Positions 12,642 to 23,735 of a DNA stretch of 64,000 nucleotides are shown piece by piece; position 1 is the first letter of the stretch, and each line of letters starts with the position of its first letter. Where the stretch lies: the NCBI RefSeq assembly GCF_018350175.1, contig NC_058368.1:68264001-68328000 (forward strand). Direction: 5' to 3'. A program made the position numbers and the translations under genes. Below the pieces are notes generated by a model. The model made no database searches, was not told the DNA's origin, and saw only the letters and a list, made by a program, of their open reading frames with translations. The stretch comes from Felis catus. Taxonomy: Eukaryota.

Positions 12642-13855
12642 TGCCAGTGCTGCTGTCCCCGCATTCCATCCTATGCCTGGCCAAATCCTGTCAGAGGGTT
12701 GCAGAACTGGCCAGAGCACGCTCACTGCTGTGACACACGAGTTCTGGGGAAAGGAAGATGGAGAGGGAGGTGAGTGCCCAGGGAGAACCCCGCCCCCCAC
12801 TTTTTTCGGTAGTAGGTACGATTGGTATGATGCGCATTCAACCTACTCATACAGCTCTAAAAAGAAAAAAGAAAAAAAAAAGAAAGAAAAAAGACAATGT
12901 AGTTTTCTTATAAAGATATGAGATCCTGGCACATTAGTCTTACATTTACCCTTGAGGATAAAAATTCTTGCTGATAAGAAGTGAGCTATAAAATATGGAT
13001 ACCATGTCTCAAGTATTTAAGGATAAAGCGATAAACATGCAGATGGGGCCATTAATGAACATTAATTGCTTTAAATTAGGTTTTATTGTGCAGTGGGTAA
13101 ATTGGAAAGTACACATTTGCATTGGTAATAGAAAATTAATTTAACTGCTTCAGGAAGCAAAATATCACCTGATGTGCTAAAACCTGTTATTTGCGGTAGA
13201 CTTAAAAGAAAACTTGAAGGGCACTGTATATTAAGAGAAAATAAAATGAAATAAAATAAAATAAAATAAAACAAAACCATAATGAACTATGCTGGAGGCA
13301 CACACATATGTGAACACCTCCTTAGGTGTAAACCCTGGACGGCTACTGAGTGTGCCTAGGCCAAGAAAGGTCCAGATGGCGGCTGGCTTAATGTTGTATG
13401 TTTACTGCACTGTGTCGCTAAACCGTGGTGGTAATGTAATGGTGCACTGTAAATCTAGGAGTTATATGGGCCCTCAGGAGGCCTTTGGATTCTTCCTCCT
13501 CCCTCCAGGGAGGACATGTCTTGAAATCTTTCAGAGCATTTGTTACCAACCCATGTCTAATAAGTGCTCAGAGGGACAGTGTATGCCCCCTTCCTCCGTG
13601 GCCCATTTCTAGCCAGTGCCCATCCGGGTGGAGAAAGTCCGCTCTCATGCACCTCGTAGTCTCTCCAGCAGTGGTTTAACCTCTGTCTTTTTATCTTATT
13701 TCTGAAGATAAGATGGTGGTTCTTCAACTTTCCTACACTTGGACACACTGTTCTTCTCTTTACCACTTATTTATTTATTTTTTTTAATATTCATCTCCTT
13801 GTTTTACCCTGGATCCTGCTCTGAAAGAAGTAGTATTTAAAAAATGTTAAAATTT

Positions 13856-14057
13856 GGGGGTACCTGGGTGGCACAGTCTGTTGAGCGCCGACTTTGGCTC
13901 AGGTCATGATCTCACTGTTTGTGGGTTCCCCGCGACGGGCTCTGTGCTGACAGCTCGGAGCCTGGATCCTGGTTCAGATTCTGTGTCTCCCTCTGTCTCT
14001 GCCCCTCCCCTTCTTGCACTCTGCCTCTCTCTCAGAAATAAATAAACATTAAGAAAA
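13856..14057 (+). mobile_element. CanSINE (SINEC_Fc-like)
   Basis: gggggtacctgggtggcacagtc head, ctcaggtcatgatctcac, CT-rich segment, aaataaataaacatt tail. Confidence 0.95.
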
Positions 14058-14281
14058 TTTTTTTTAACAAATTAAAATTTCTCTGACAACTTTTCATCCT
14101 AAGGCAAAAGTAGCAGGAAATTGTCATCATAGTTGTTACGCTGACTTAGCCAGTGCTGCTGCTGTTCCTTAAGACAGGGGAGAAGGAGAGACAAGTGTCT
14201 GGGAGGAGGAACAGGGAACTGAGGTTTAAGTAGCAGAGAATACACTGATGCAGGGTTGAGGGGACAAAATGAAGCTAGAGA

Positions 14282-14409
14282 AGGATGCGTGGATGGTTCA
14301 GTTGGTTGAGCATCTGACTCTTGATTTCAGCTCAGGTCAAGAGCCCAGGGTCATGAGATCAAGCCCCGTGTCTGGCTCTGAATTGAGCGTGGAGCCTGCT
14401 TGAGATTCT

Positions 14410-14462
<53 letters not shown>

Positions 14463-14475
14463 ATAAAATGTTTAA
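14282..14475 (+). mobile_element. CanSINE with 16-bp TSD
   Basis: TSD aaaatgaagctagaga (14266-14281) / aaaatgaggctagaga (14476-14491); (CT)n tract. Confidence 0.93.
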
Positions 14476-14494
14476 AAAATGAGGCTAGAGATTT

Positions 14495-15010
14495 CTTTTG
14501 AGAGCCATCAAGTCGTAGATTATTTTCAAAGCAGTGGGATTGAATGAGATAACCTAAGGAGTGGATGTGGAAAGTGGCATTAGATATAAAAAGAACAGAG
14601 CCTCGGGGCACTTCAGCATTCTGAGGTCTGAAAAGAGAGGGATGAACCAGTAAAGAAGATTCAGAAGAAGTGAAGCCAGAGATGAAAGAAAAATTAGGAG
14701 AATGTGGTGTCCTGGAAACCAAATAAAGAAATGCTTTAAGAAGATGGGAGTGGCCAGCTGTGTTTGATGCTGCTGGGAGGTCAAATGAGAGAAAGTCCTT
14801 GTTGACCTTGGCAAAGTCATTTTTAGTGGTGTAACAGGGACAAAGTCTGTTTGAGGTAGATTCAAGAGACAATGGCAGATGAAAAGCAGAGCTAGGTGAA
14901 TGCAGACATCCTTTTCAGGGAGTTAAATATAAAAGGGAATAGAGAGCAGGATGGCAACGGAGGGGAATGTGAGTTCAAGAATAAGTGTTTTTAAGGTATG
15001 AGATCCAACA
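14495..15010 (-). mobile_element. L2 LINE ORF2 (reverse transcriptase) fragment
   Basis: Minus ORF 14351-14872 contains FDLPAASNTAGHSHLLKAF (L2 LDLSAAFDTVDHSLLLETL-like) and VPRGSVL (RT motif VPQGSVLG-like). Confidence 0.85.
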
Positions 15011-15910
15011 GCAAGAATGTATACTAGTGGGAATTATTCAGTAGCAGAGAGAAATGAAAATGCTAGAGAGAAAGGAAATGCCAGGGAGGGGATGATGTCT
15101 GGTACCCACAAGTCGAGTATTGATCCTGGATCTAGCTGGGAGTGTTCATCTGTGGCCATCGGAGGGAAGCCAGATATATGAGCGAAGATGGAGGAGGTTT
15201 AGAGATTTGGCTCATTGAATAATATATCGAACCATTCTTTTTAGATATTTGAATCGAATTTGTCTCAGGTAATCAAATATTTTCTTAGTTCTTTGAAAAA
15301 TCCATTGGCCGTTGGCAGAGGGTCTCTTGTGCCAAATGGATAATGAGCAGTTAACAGAAATGGACTGTGTGTGGTGTTTATGCAGCCAAAGATCTGATAA
15401 GTGCTTTCTGCCAGGCATGGCTGTCCTCCCTGGGGGCCACCACTGATGCTCCTTGGCCATTCCTTCCTATATCTGGGACCAGACCCGCCAGTGCCACAAG
15501 AACTGACTATGAACTCTAACAGGGCTTTACTGAACACTTAGGGAAAATGAAGGCAATTTTAAGCCCCATATAAAACGAAATACAGCACGAGAAAGGAAAC
15601 ACAATTCCTTTTTGGATCACCTGTGAATAATACATAGTGATAATAAAGTAAATATTGACTATTTAACCATTTGGTGGGAAGTGTGTATAAGGGGTACAAG
15701 AGAGTAAAATCCTTACATTCCACACTATGGAGCCAACACATAATATTTATGATGAAAAAATAAATAGAAGTATAAAAATGTATTTAGAAATGTGGATATA
15801 AAGGATAGAGAAAAAAAACTTGAAAGTGGCTACTGTTGGAGAGCAACTATTATACATGGGGCTAGTGGGACAAGGAGTGCTAATTTCACTGTAAGTTATG
15901 TAATATTCTA

Positions 15911-16118
15911 GGAGCTCCTGGGTGGCTCAGTCAGTTAAGCATTAGACTCTTGGTTTTGCCTCAGGTCATGATCTCACGGTTTGTGGGTTTGAGCCCTGCT
16001 TTGGGCTCCATACTGACAGCACTGAGCCTGGGTGGGATTCTCTCTCTCCCTCTCTCTCTGCCCCTCCCCTCTTTGCTCTCTATCCCTCTGTCTCTCAAAA
16101 TAAAGAAACATTTTTTTT
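15911..16118 (+). mobile_element. CanSINE with 18-bp TSD
   Basis: TSD aagttatgtaatattcta (15893-15910) / aagttatgtaatactcta (16119-16136). Confidence 0.95.
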
Positions 16119-16212
16119 AAGTTATGTAATACTCTAACTTTTTAAACTATTATTTTGTTTTTAGATGTCATTTTGATAAAAATATTTTAAGGCTGAATAA
16201 ATTATAATGTGG

Positions 16213-16583
16213 CATTACGGGCTGAATTGTGCCTGTCCCAAAATTTATATGCTGCGTTTCTGGACCACATTTCTCCTTTTGTGGAGACAGCTTCTTTGAA
16301 GAGGAATTAAATTAAAATGAGGTCATTAGGGTGTACCCTAATCCAATAAGCCTAGTATCCTTAGAAGCAGGGAAATTTGGACACAGACAGAGGCAACACT
16401 ATGTGAGGACATAGGGCGAAGACACTGTCTACAAGCCAAGGAGAGAGCTCTCAGAAGAAACTAGCTCGGCCAACGTCTTTGTCTCACACTTCCAGCTTCC
16501 AGAACTGTGACAAAAGAGATTTCTGTCGTTTAAGCCATCCAGTCGGTGGTACTTTGTTACAGCAGCTGTAGGAAACTGATACA
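16213..16583 (+). mobile_element. MaLR solo LTR (MLT1-type)
   Basis: ttacgggctgaattgtg start, ttccagcttccagaactgtgaca, end gttacagcagctgtaggaaactgataca. Confidence 0.85.
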
Positions 16584-16739
16584 CTTGGGACTCCTTTATG
16601 GCAGTTGTCCTATTGAGGACATGGACCCAGGGCACATCCTTGTGATTAAGTATAGATTCAGTGGAAGAGAATTGCCACTATCAATCCTCTTGGGGAGTCT
16701 GGGGGAATCCAGTGCCGGAAATGAGCAGTCCTTGAAATA

Positions 16740-16990
16740 CATCAGGCCAGCATCTTCAAGCCTGTCTCTGCGTCATCTACATTCTCTTCTGTGTGTGTTA
16801 ATTTCCCCTTTGCCTCTCTCTTATAAGGGCCCTCATGGTTGCATTTAGGGCCTACTGGGATAATCCAGAATAACCTCCCCATCTCAAGAGCCTTAATTTA
16901 ATCACTTTTGCAAGAACACTTTTTCCAAACTTACAGTTCTCCGAATTAGGAACTGATATCTTTGGGTAACCATTACTCAGCCATCCACAG
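16740..16990 (-). mobile_element. MaLR LTR fragment (MLT1-type)
   Basis: ttagggcctactgggataatccagaataacctccccatctcaagagccttaatttaatcac is typical antisense MLT1. Confidence 0.75.
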
Positions 16991-17471
16991 AAGGTAAACG
17001 GTATTTTATTGCTCAAAGCTAATAGAATCTTCCCTTTTGAAACTGCAAAATGATGTGTTTTGATGTTAGTTTCTGTCAGTCATTTGCTTCGTAGGCACTT
17101 TGTGGGTAATTTAATCTGGAAACTCATGTCCTTGATTTCAGGGCTATTTTATTGATTCTTTGAACTTTTTTCTCCAGTGTACTCCTGATCCTTGTCAAGA
17201 ATTCCTACCTGTCAGTTGTGGAACCTCCTAGTTCTTCCACGTGAATTCTCTCTCTGGCTGCTTATGTTTTCTCTTGTGTTTTCTGGTCCTTGGACTTTTT
17301 GCTCCAGTTCCTGAGAGCTTTCAACTTAGATCCTTTAACCTTCCTATTGATATCTTACATTTCTCATATTAAAATATTAATATCTAATAATACTTTTCCT
17401 CACTTTTATAGCCTCCGATTCTTATTTCATGACCACAATATTTTCTCATCTCTGATGATGTTTGAAAAAAA

Positions 17472-17676
17472 TTTTTAATGTTTCTTTATTTTTGATGGAG
17501 AGAAACAGAGAGCAAGTGGGAGAGGGGCAGAGAGAGAGGGAGACACAGAATCTGAAACAGGCTTCAGGCTCTGAGCTGTCAGCACAGCGCCCAATGCAGG
17601 GCTCAAACTCATAAACCCCAAGATCATGACCTGAACCAAGGTGGGACACTTAACCGACAGAGACACCCAGGCACCC
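17472..17676 (-). mobile_element. CanSINE (SINEC_Fc-like)
   Basis: ggctctgagctgtcagcacag, ends cacccaggcaccc. Confidence 0.93.
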
Positions 17677-17779
17677 TCTGGATTTTTTAATTAGTTGTTT
17701 TTTTTTTAAACTTTTAGTTTCATCTCTTTTTCTTCCAAGGGCTTTAAAAAATCAGTTTGTTTGTTTCTACCTATCTCGT

Positions 17780-17947
17780 TTTTTAAATGTTTATTTATTT
17801 TGAGAGAGAGAGAGTGCACATGCACGAATGAGGAGGGGCAGAGAGAGGGAGAGAGAATCCCAAGCTTAAACTCACAAACCATGAGATCATGATCTAAGCC
17901 AAAATCAACAGCTAGATGCTTAACTGACTGAGCCACCCAGGTGCCCC
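17780..17947 (-). mobile_element. CanSINE with internal deletion
   Basis: Ends gagccacccaggtgcccc; degenerate TSD acctatctcgttt / acctctctcattt. Confidence 0.9.
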
Positions 17948-19035
17948 ACCTCTCTCATTTATGTGGGAAGATTTCTTCAAATGTCTGAATGTTTGCTCAA
18001 AGTTAGTGGTGAGGTAATGAACACTTACAAGGTGATGACAAAGCTCTTTTGATGGGTGACCTCCAAGTGTCAGTTTCGATAAGTTTTTTGTTTTTTTGTT
18101 TTCCCTATAGGTGGTCCTTGCTCTTAGAGAGAAACCCTCTTTTTTCTGGGATGTGTGAGCCAAGCTGCTAGTATTGTGCGAGCTGAATGGGTAAAGAGGC
18201 TGGCTTCTCACCATTCATGAGCAGTCTTTCACTTCGTTCTCCATGGCCCTCAGATGGACTCATTGTTCCTGAGTTCATATGCTCTGATTTAGTCTCAATA
18301 GAAACTCCACATTCCTTTATTAAGACGAGGAAGAACCTTGGAAACATGGCCCCTCCAACTTCTGAGCCTTCTTGGGATCAGTAGGTGCTCACCCGCTCAC
18401 TTCTGCTTTCTCCATTCCTCCCTTCCCTCCACCCCCAACAGACTTGATTTCAGCTCTGCTCTCAGAACTTGTGCTGATTTCCTTTTACTTGCTACTGTTT
18501 CCTTTTCTGTTCCCAAGTGGAATATCCTTGTGAGTTTATGCCTTTTTTATCCCTTTACTGTTTTACTGTTTTTAAACATCATGTTTCAGGAGAAAGTAGA
18601 GCTACATGCCTTGATTCAACTTACCATGTTTACGCTTCATCTGAAATAACAGTAAATTTAGCATCCAAGTAATCCAATCTAGCTTTAGCTATGCTGGGCC
18701 CAGCCTTCTTCCAGTATAAGATGCAGAGAAATTCAGGCCTGCATGCCTTTATCACAGGAGCTCAGTCTCTACTCTTGATGGTTGGGAAGCTACTACTTGG
18801 ACAAGAATATAAAAAGCAAACCAAAACCAACACACGCACAAACACACACCCCTAGTATAAGCTGTAATTTTAAGTATACATTTAATTATATAAATTAGAT
18901 ATCCCTGAATCTGAAGCTAAATCTCAATTTGAAAAAATCAAGAACTGTATTTTTTAAGAACTATTATTTTCTAATTTTGAGAGGGAATTATTCTTTACTA
19001 TTTTCTAAATATATACAAGTTCTCTCTCTTTCTAA

Positions 19036-19126
19036 TATATATATGTATATATATATATATGTATAACTATATATGTGTATATATATGTATAACTATATAT
19101 ATATATACACACACACACATATATAT
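19036..19126. repeat. Compound (TA)n/(CA)n microsatellite
   Basis: Direct reading. Confidence 0.9.
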
Positions 19127-19409
19127 AAATTCTAAAATATATATTGTCTATCTCATTCTAAAGAAAGAGTATTTTGGTTATTTTGTTGAATGTAGGGGTT
19201 TCTCAAGAATAAAATGGTAAAATAGGAAGGAGCTTTCTCATATTTGCAGAATGTAAGGTCCCACTTTTTATAAGAGAAAATACATATTTTTTTCCAATTC
19301 CAAAAAATTTTTTTTTTCAAATTCCAAAAAACATTTTTTTTTTCCAATTTCAAAAGCCATGTAAGATCAAGTCTCTCCTGGACCTCTAGTTACATAAAAG
19401 TGTTTAAAG

Positions 19410-20123
19410 AAACCATCATTCACCAGCAGGGAAGTGCAAATCAAAACCACAATGGTATATCAGCTCACATCTGTTAGAATGGTTATCATCAAAAAGACAA
19501 GAGATAAGTATTGGTGGAGGTGTAAATTGGTGAAGCCACTATGGACAGGAGTATGGTGGTTCCTCAAAAAATCAAAAATACAACTACCATATGACCCAGA
19601 AATCCCACTTCTAGGTATATGTCCAAAGGAAATGAAAACAGGATTTCAAAGAGATATTAGCACTCCCAGGTTCTCTGCAGCATTATTAAAAGGCAAGATA
19701 TTGAAACCACCTAAACATCTTTTGGTGGATGAACAGATAAAATTGTGGTATATATACAATGGAATATTATTCAATGTGAGAAAGAAGGAAATCCTGGCGT
19801 TTGCAACGGCATGGATGAACTTTGAGAACATTGTGCCAAGTGAAATAAGCCAGACAGAGAAAGATCAACGTTGGCATGGTATCACTTATATTTATATGTG
19901 GAACTTAAAAAAAAAAAAGTCAAACTCATGAAAACAGAGTAGAAACATGGTGGCCAGAGACTGGGAGATGGAAGAAATAGGGAGAGGTTGGTAAAGGGGT
20001 ACAATCTTTTAGCTATAACAAATAGGGTCTGAGGATATAATGTGTATCATGGTGACTAGAGTTGACATCATTGTATTGTGTGATTAAAATTTGCTAAGAG
20101 AATAGGACTTAAATATTCTCAGT
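19410..20123 (+). mobile_element. L1 3' end (L1MA8/9-like)
   Basis: ORF 19434-19931 QIKTTM..LTSVRMVIIKK..QLPYDPEIPLLGICPKE..SEISQTEKD is the L1 ORF2 C-terminus; 3'UTR ends cttaaatattctca. Confidence 0.92.
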
Positions 20124-20125
20124 GA

Positions 20126-20185
<60 letters not shown>

Positions 20186-20222
20186 GGAAGGGAAGGAGGG
20201 AGGAAGGAAGGGAGGAAGGAGA
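20124..20222. repeat. (GAAA)n followed by a (GGAA/GGAG)-rich tract, derived from the L1 tail
   Basis: Direct reading. Confidence 0.95.
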
Positions 20223-20989
20223 GAAAACAAGGAGTGAGGCAGAGGAGATTATTATAAGGCTAAATGAAGATTGGAATCAGATTTGGAAATTCGTCTGAAG
20301 CAACTTGAAGGACTAGCCTCTCTGTTCAGTTTTCACTAATACCCCACATGATCTCTCCCTGTACTGTCACTTTTTTCTGTGTGCACTGTACCTTCTTTAG
20401 ATTTTGATTATTAATCCACTGCACCCACCAGTGCAAATCCACCAGGAACCAGCCTGGTTGTATAGCTCTCTATCATTGCCCAGTTGCACAGAGAGACCTG
20501 TGCTCTTGGCCACCATACAGGGCCATTCAGCCTTCTAGATGAGTTACCCTGGTGTCTATTGCGAATCCCTGGTCCCGTCAGAGCCACCTGTGCAATGCAG
20601 AGGACCCAGGGCTGCCTCTTGGCCCAGAGCTCTGTATCAGTCTGCTTGGGCTGCTTGCTGTAGCAAAATACCATACACTGGCAACAAGCAGAGCTTCTTG
20701 AACCAGAAGCCAACTCTCAGGGCTGTAAACACCATCACTGACACGCCCAGGGCAGTGTTCAACCCCATTACAGTTCCATTAAACAAATGTATTTTTGCTG
20801 AATTGAATGAAGTTGAATTGTCCAAGAAATGAATGCCTCATATCAATTATAGGTAGTACCGGGCTCCATAAATTTCCCTGACAAATTGCTTTATGATTCC
20901 CATTCCATCCCAGGAGACCCAGGTAACTATTATTTTGTAAAGTCCTCATTCCCAGGTTGTAGTTGTCTCCCTTAAAGGTTTTGAGGTCT

Positions 20990-21330
20990 AAGTCATAATT
21001 TTCTAAATTATTTATGATTGTGTTCTTCAGAAAAGACCAAGAAAAGTTGACAAGTCTTGTGAAGTCAAGATAAATGACACCTTGTGTTCTCTTTTATCTA
21101 TAAGATCCATTACTCTGTCAAAGGAGTAATTTAGATGGCTGTGATTTGTTCCTCAGAAAGTTATTTTGATTTTTTCCAGCACCTTCTCCTTGGGTGTGGT
21201 GGTCAGCAGGTTCTGTTAGGTGGAAAATCTCTCTGAGTAAACTAGAAGCAGGACAACAGGCAAGGTCATAGTCAATAAAGAAAAGTTGACATTGTATTTG
21301 CCTTTTCTCAAATACTGCATGGCGATGCCT
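20990..21330 (-). mobile_element. CR1/L3 LINE reverse-transcriptase relic
   Basis: Minus-strand motifs in the expected order: AVFEKR (PIFKKG-like), NNFLRNKS (HGFMKNKS-like), SFDRVMDL, YLDFTR (YLDFSKAF-like). Confidence 0.65.
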
Positions 21331-21612
21331 ACAGCCAATCTCACAGGTAGGGCACGGGTCATCTCTTTGGGTGGTCGGGGAGGTTTTCAGATTAAAAGGA
21401 AAAGTTGTTTGCCACATCCCTGGGTCTTGGATTACAGTAAATAGAGGTGAAGCAGGAGAACATCTATGTTGTTGTTGTTCCGAGAGTCCGTTTTTGGATT
21501 AAAGCAGGTTATGTGGATTAGTTTGCATTTTGATAGGATATATTTTCTCTACCCAGAAAGACACAATAAAATGTAAGATAAGACATTTCTTGGTACTTTA
21601 AAATTCAGTTAG

Positions 21613-21614
<2 letters not shown>

Positions 21615-21650
<36 letters not shown>
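21615..21650. repeat. (GT)18 microsatellite
   Basis: Direct reading. Confidence 0.96.
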
Positions 21651-21651
<1 letters not shown>

Positions 21652-21652
<1 letters not shown>

Positions 21653-21974
21653 AGTTGACTCTTGAACAATGTGGGGGCTAAGGGCACCAACACACCCTGT
21701 GCAGTCAAAAATCTGTGCATAACTTTTGATTCCTCCAAAACAACCACTAATGGCCTGCTGACTAGAAGCCTTACCAATTAAGGCAATTAGCATATATTTT
21801 GTATATAATGTGTATTATATGCTGTATTCTTACCGTAAGGTAAGCTGGAGAAAATGATTAAGAAGATTGTAAGGAAGAAAAGATACATTTACAGTACTGC
21901 AGTGTAATTATTGAAAAAATTCACCTACAAATGGACCCATGCAGTTCAAATCTGTGTTGCCCAAGGGCCAACTG
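21652..21974 (-). mobile_element. Tigger2a-like non-autonomous DNA transposon (TcMar-Tigger)
   Basis: TIRs cagttgactcttgaacaa / ttgcccaagggccaactg; TA duplications at 21650-51 and 21975-76; right end in reverse complement resembles the Tigger2 5' end. Confidence 0.88.
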
Positions 21975-22813
21975 TATATGCATATATATTTTATGTATGT
22001 ATGTATGTATGTAGGTATGTATGTATGTATGTATACCACACATTTTTGTTGTTCAAGAAAAATTAAAATGAGAAGGTTATGTGTCATTTTCATTCCCTGT
22101 GCTGTATTTCTTTTTAAAAGAGATTTATTTTCAGGATATTATTAGCAACTCCGTGCCCAGATCATTTTGCACTCAATTCTGTTATATATCTTATGACATT
22201 GTGTTGTAAATATTTGATTACATCTTTCTTCTTGAGAACTTGAGTCATGCTAGATTCACATAAATCTCGTTTCAAATTTAAGTGAATATTGTACTTGGTC
22301 AAAACACTTATTTATTTATTGTTTCATACTGAATTCTTTAAGGTGCAGAAATATTTTGAGGACTTGGGCCTATAATATTTGCTAATACCATTGTAATACA
22401 TTATTGTAGCATTCTGACTAATACTTAAAACCAGTTAAAAGCAAGATGGGCTCTCTGACCTCAAAAGCAACATGAAGAACTGACAATGATATAGAGTTCC
22501 TCTGATTTTGATTCCAATTTATCTCATTAACTGTCCATCTATTAATTACCACACTGTACACTTCATCGTTTATTTGTTTTTCTTAACAATTCAGCTATTT
22601 GTGCAACCCTCATAGCATTCAGAAGAGGAAACAAAGAAAGCAGAATTTCAAAGCTTTTGTTATCTATAAAACAATTTATTAAAATGTCAACCCTGAACTC
22701 ACCCTGAGTGTGGGGATGATAGGAAAATTGCATCTGTTTCCTTGCATAGTCATAGAACAAAGAGGTCACTCTGGTAGGGACCAGAGGAGACAGGACAATG
22801 GCTCTGTTTTCTT

Positions 22814-23031
22814 TTTTTAAATTTTTTTTTCAACGTTTATTTATTTTTGGGACAGAGAGAGACAGAGCATGAACGGGGGAGGGGCAGAGAGAGGGAGACA
22901 CAGAATCGGAAACAGGCTCCAGGCTCTGAGCCATCAGCCCAGAGCCTGACGCGGGGCTCGAACTCACGGACCCCGAGATCATGACCTGGCTGAAGTTGGA
23001 CGCTTTACCGACTGCGCCACCCAGGCGCCCC
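22814..23031 (-). mobile_element. Young CanSINE (SINEC_Fc) with perfect 18-bp TSD
   Basis: TSD caatggctctgttttctt at 22796-22813 and 23032-23049; many intact CpGs; ends ctgcgccacccaggcgcccc. Confidence 0.97.
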
Positions 23032-23244
23032 CAATGGCTCTGTTTTCTTAATCACCACACCCTCCTCTGTCTGGCTGGCCTTTGCAAAGTTCTTCTGTGC
23101 TTCTTAATTTAACTTCCACATGGGGATATAATCTGCAGATACCAACCTCTTTTCCTTATTAGGCTGTTGGATGGGACCAGGACTTGTCTTTGATGTCCTG
23201 AGCATCTTAATAGTATCTACAGGATGATAGCATCCAGCCATCTT

Positions 23245-23735
23245 TTTTTTTCAATATATGAAATTTATTGTCAAATTGGTTTCCATACAACACCCAGTGC
23301 TCATCCCAAAAGGTGCCCTCCTCAATACCCATCACCCACCCTCCCCTCCCTCCCACCCCCCATCAACCCTCAGTTTGTTCTCAGTTTTTAAGAGTCTCTT
23401 ATGCTTTGGCTCTCTCCCACTCTAACCTCTTTTTTTTTTTCCTTCCCCTCCCCCATGGGTTTCTGTTAAGTTTCTCAGGATCCACATAAGAGTGAACACA
23501 TGTGGTATCTGTCTTTCTCTGTATGGCTTATTTCACTTAGCATCACACTCTCCAGTTCCATCCACATTGCTACAAAGGGCCATATTTCGTTCTTTCTCAT
23601 TGCCATGTAGTACTCCATTGTGTATATAAACCACAATTTCTTTATCTGTTCATCAGTTGATGGACATTTAGGCTCTTTCCATAATTTGGCTATTGTTGAG
23701 AGTGCTGCTATAAACATTGGGGTACAAGTGCCCCT
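23245..23735 (-). mobile_element. Young 5'-truncated felid L1 (L1_Fc-like) with perfect 17-bp TSD
   Basis: TSD tagcatccagccatctt at 23228-23244 and 23736-23752; open ORF2 C-terminus CTPMFIAALSTIAKLWKEPKCPSTDE...SEISHTEKDRYHM. Confidence 0.96.

Larger units (their letters stand above)
17000..18640 (-). mobile_element. Old L1/HAL1-type 5'/ORF1 relic carrying two CanSINE insertions
   Basis: T-rich antisense ORF1-like sequence; ttcttcaaatgtctg resembles the reverse complement of cagacatttgagga at ~39.95 kb. Confidence 0.5.

Noticed and set aside
14351..14872. 173-aa ORF with RT-like motifs
   Set aside because: Decayed L2 ORF2 reading into a CanSINE; not a gene
19434..19931. 165-aa ORF
   Set aside because: Degenerate L1 ORF2 C-terminus and 3'UTR
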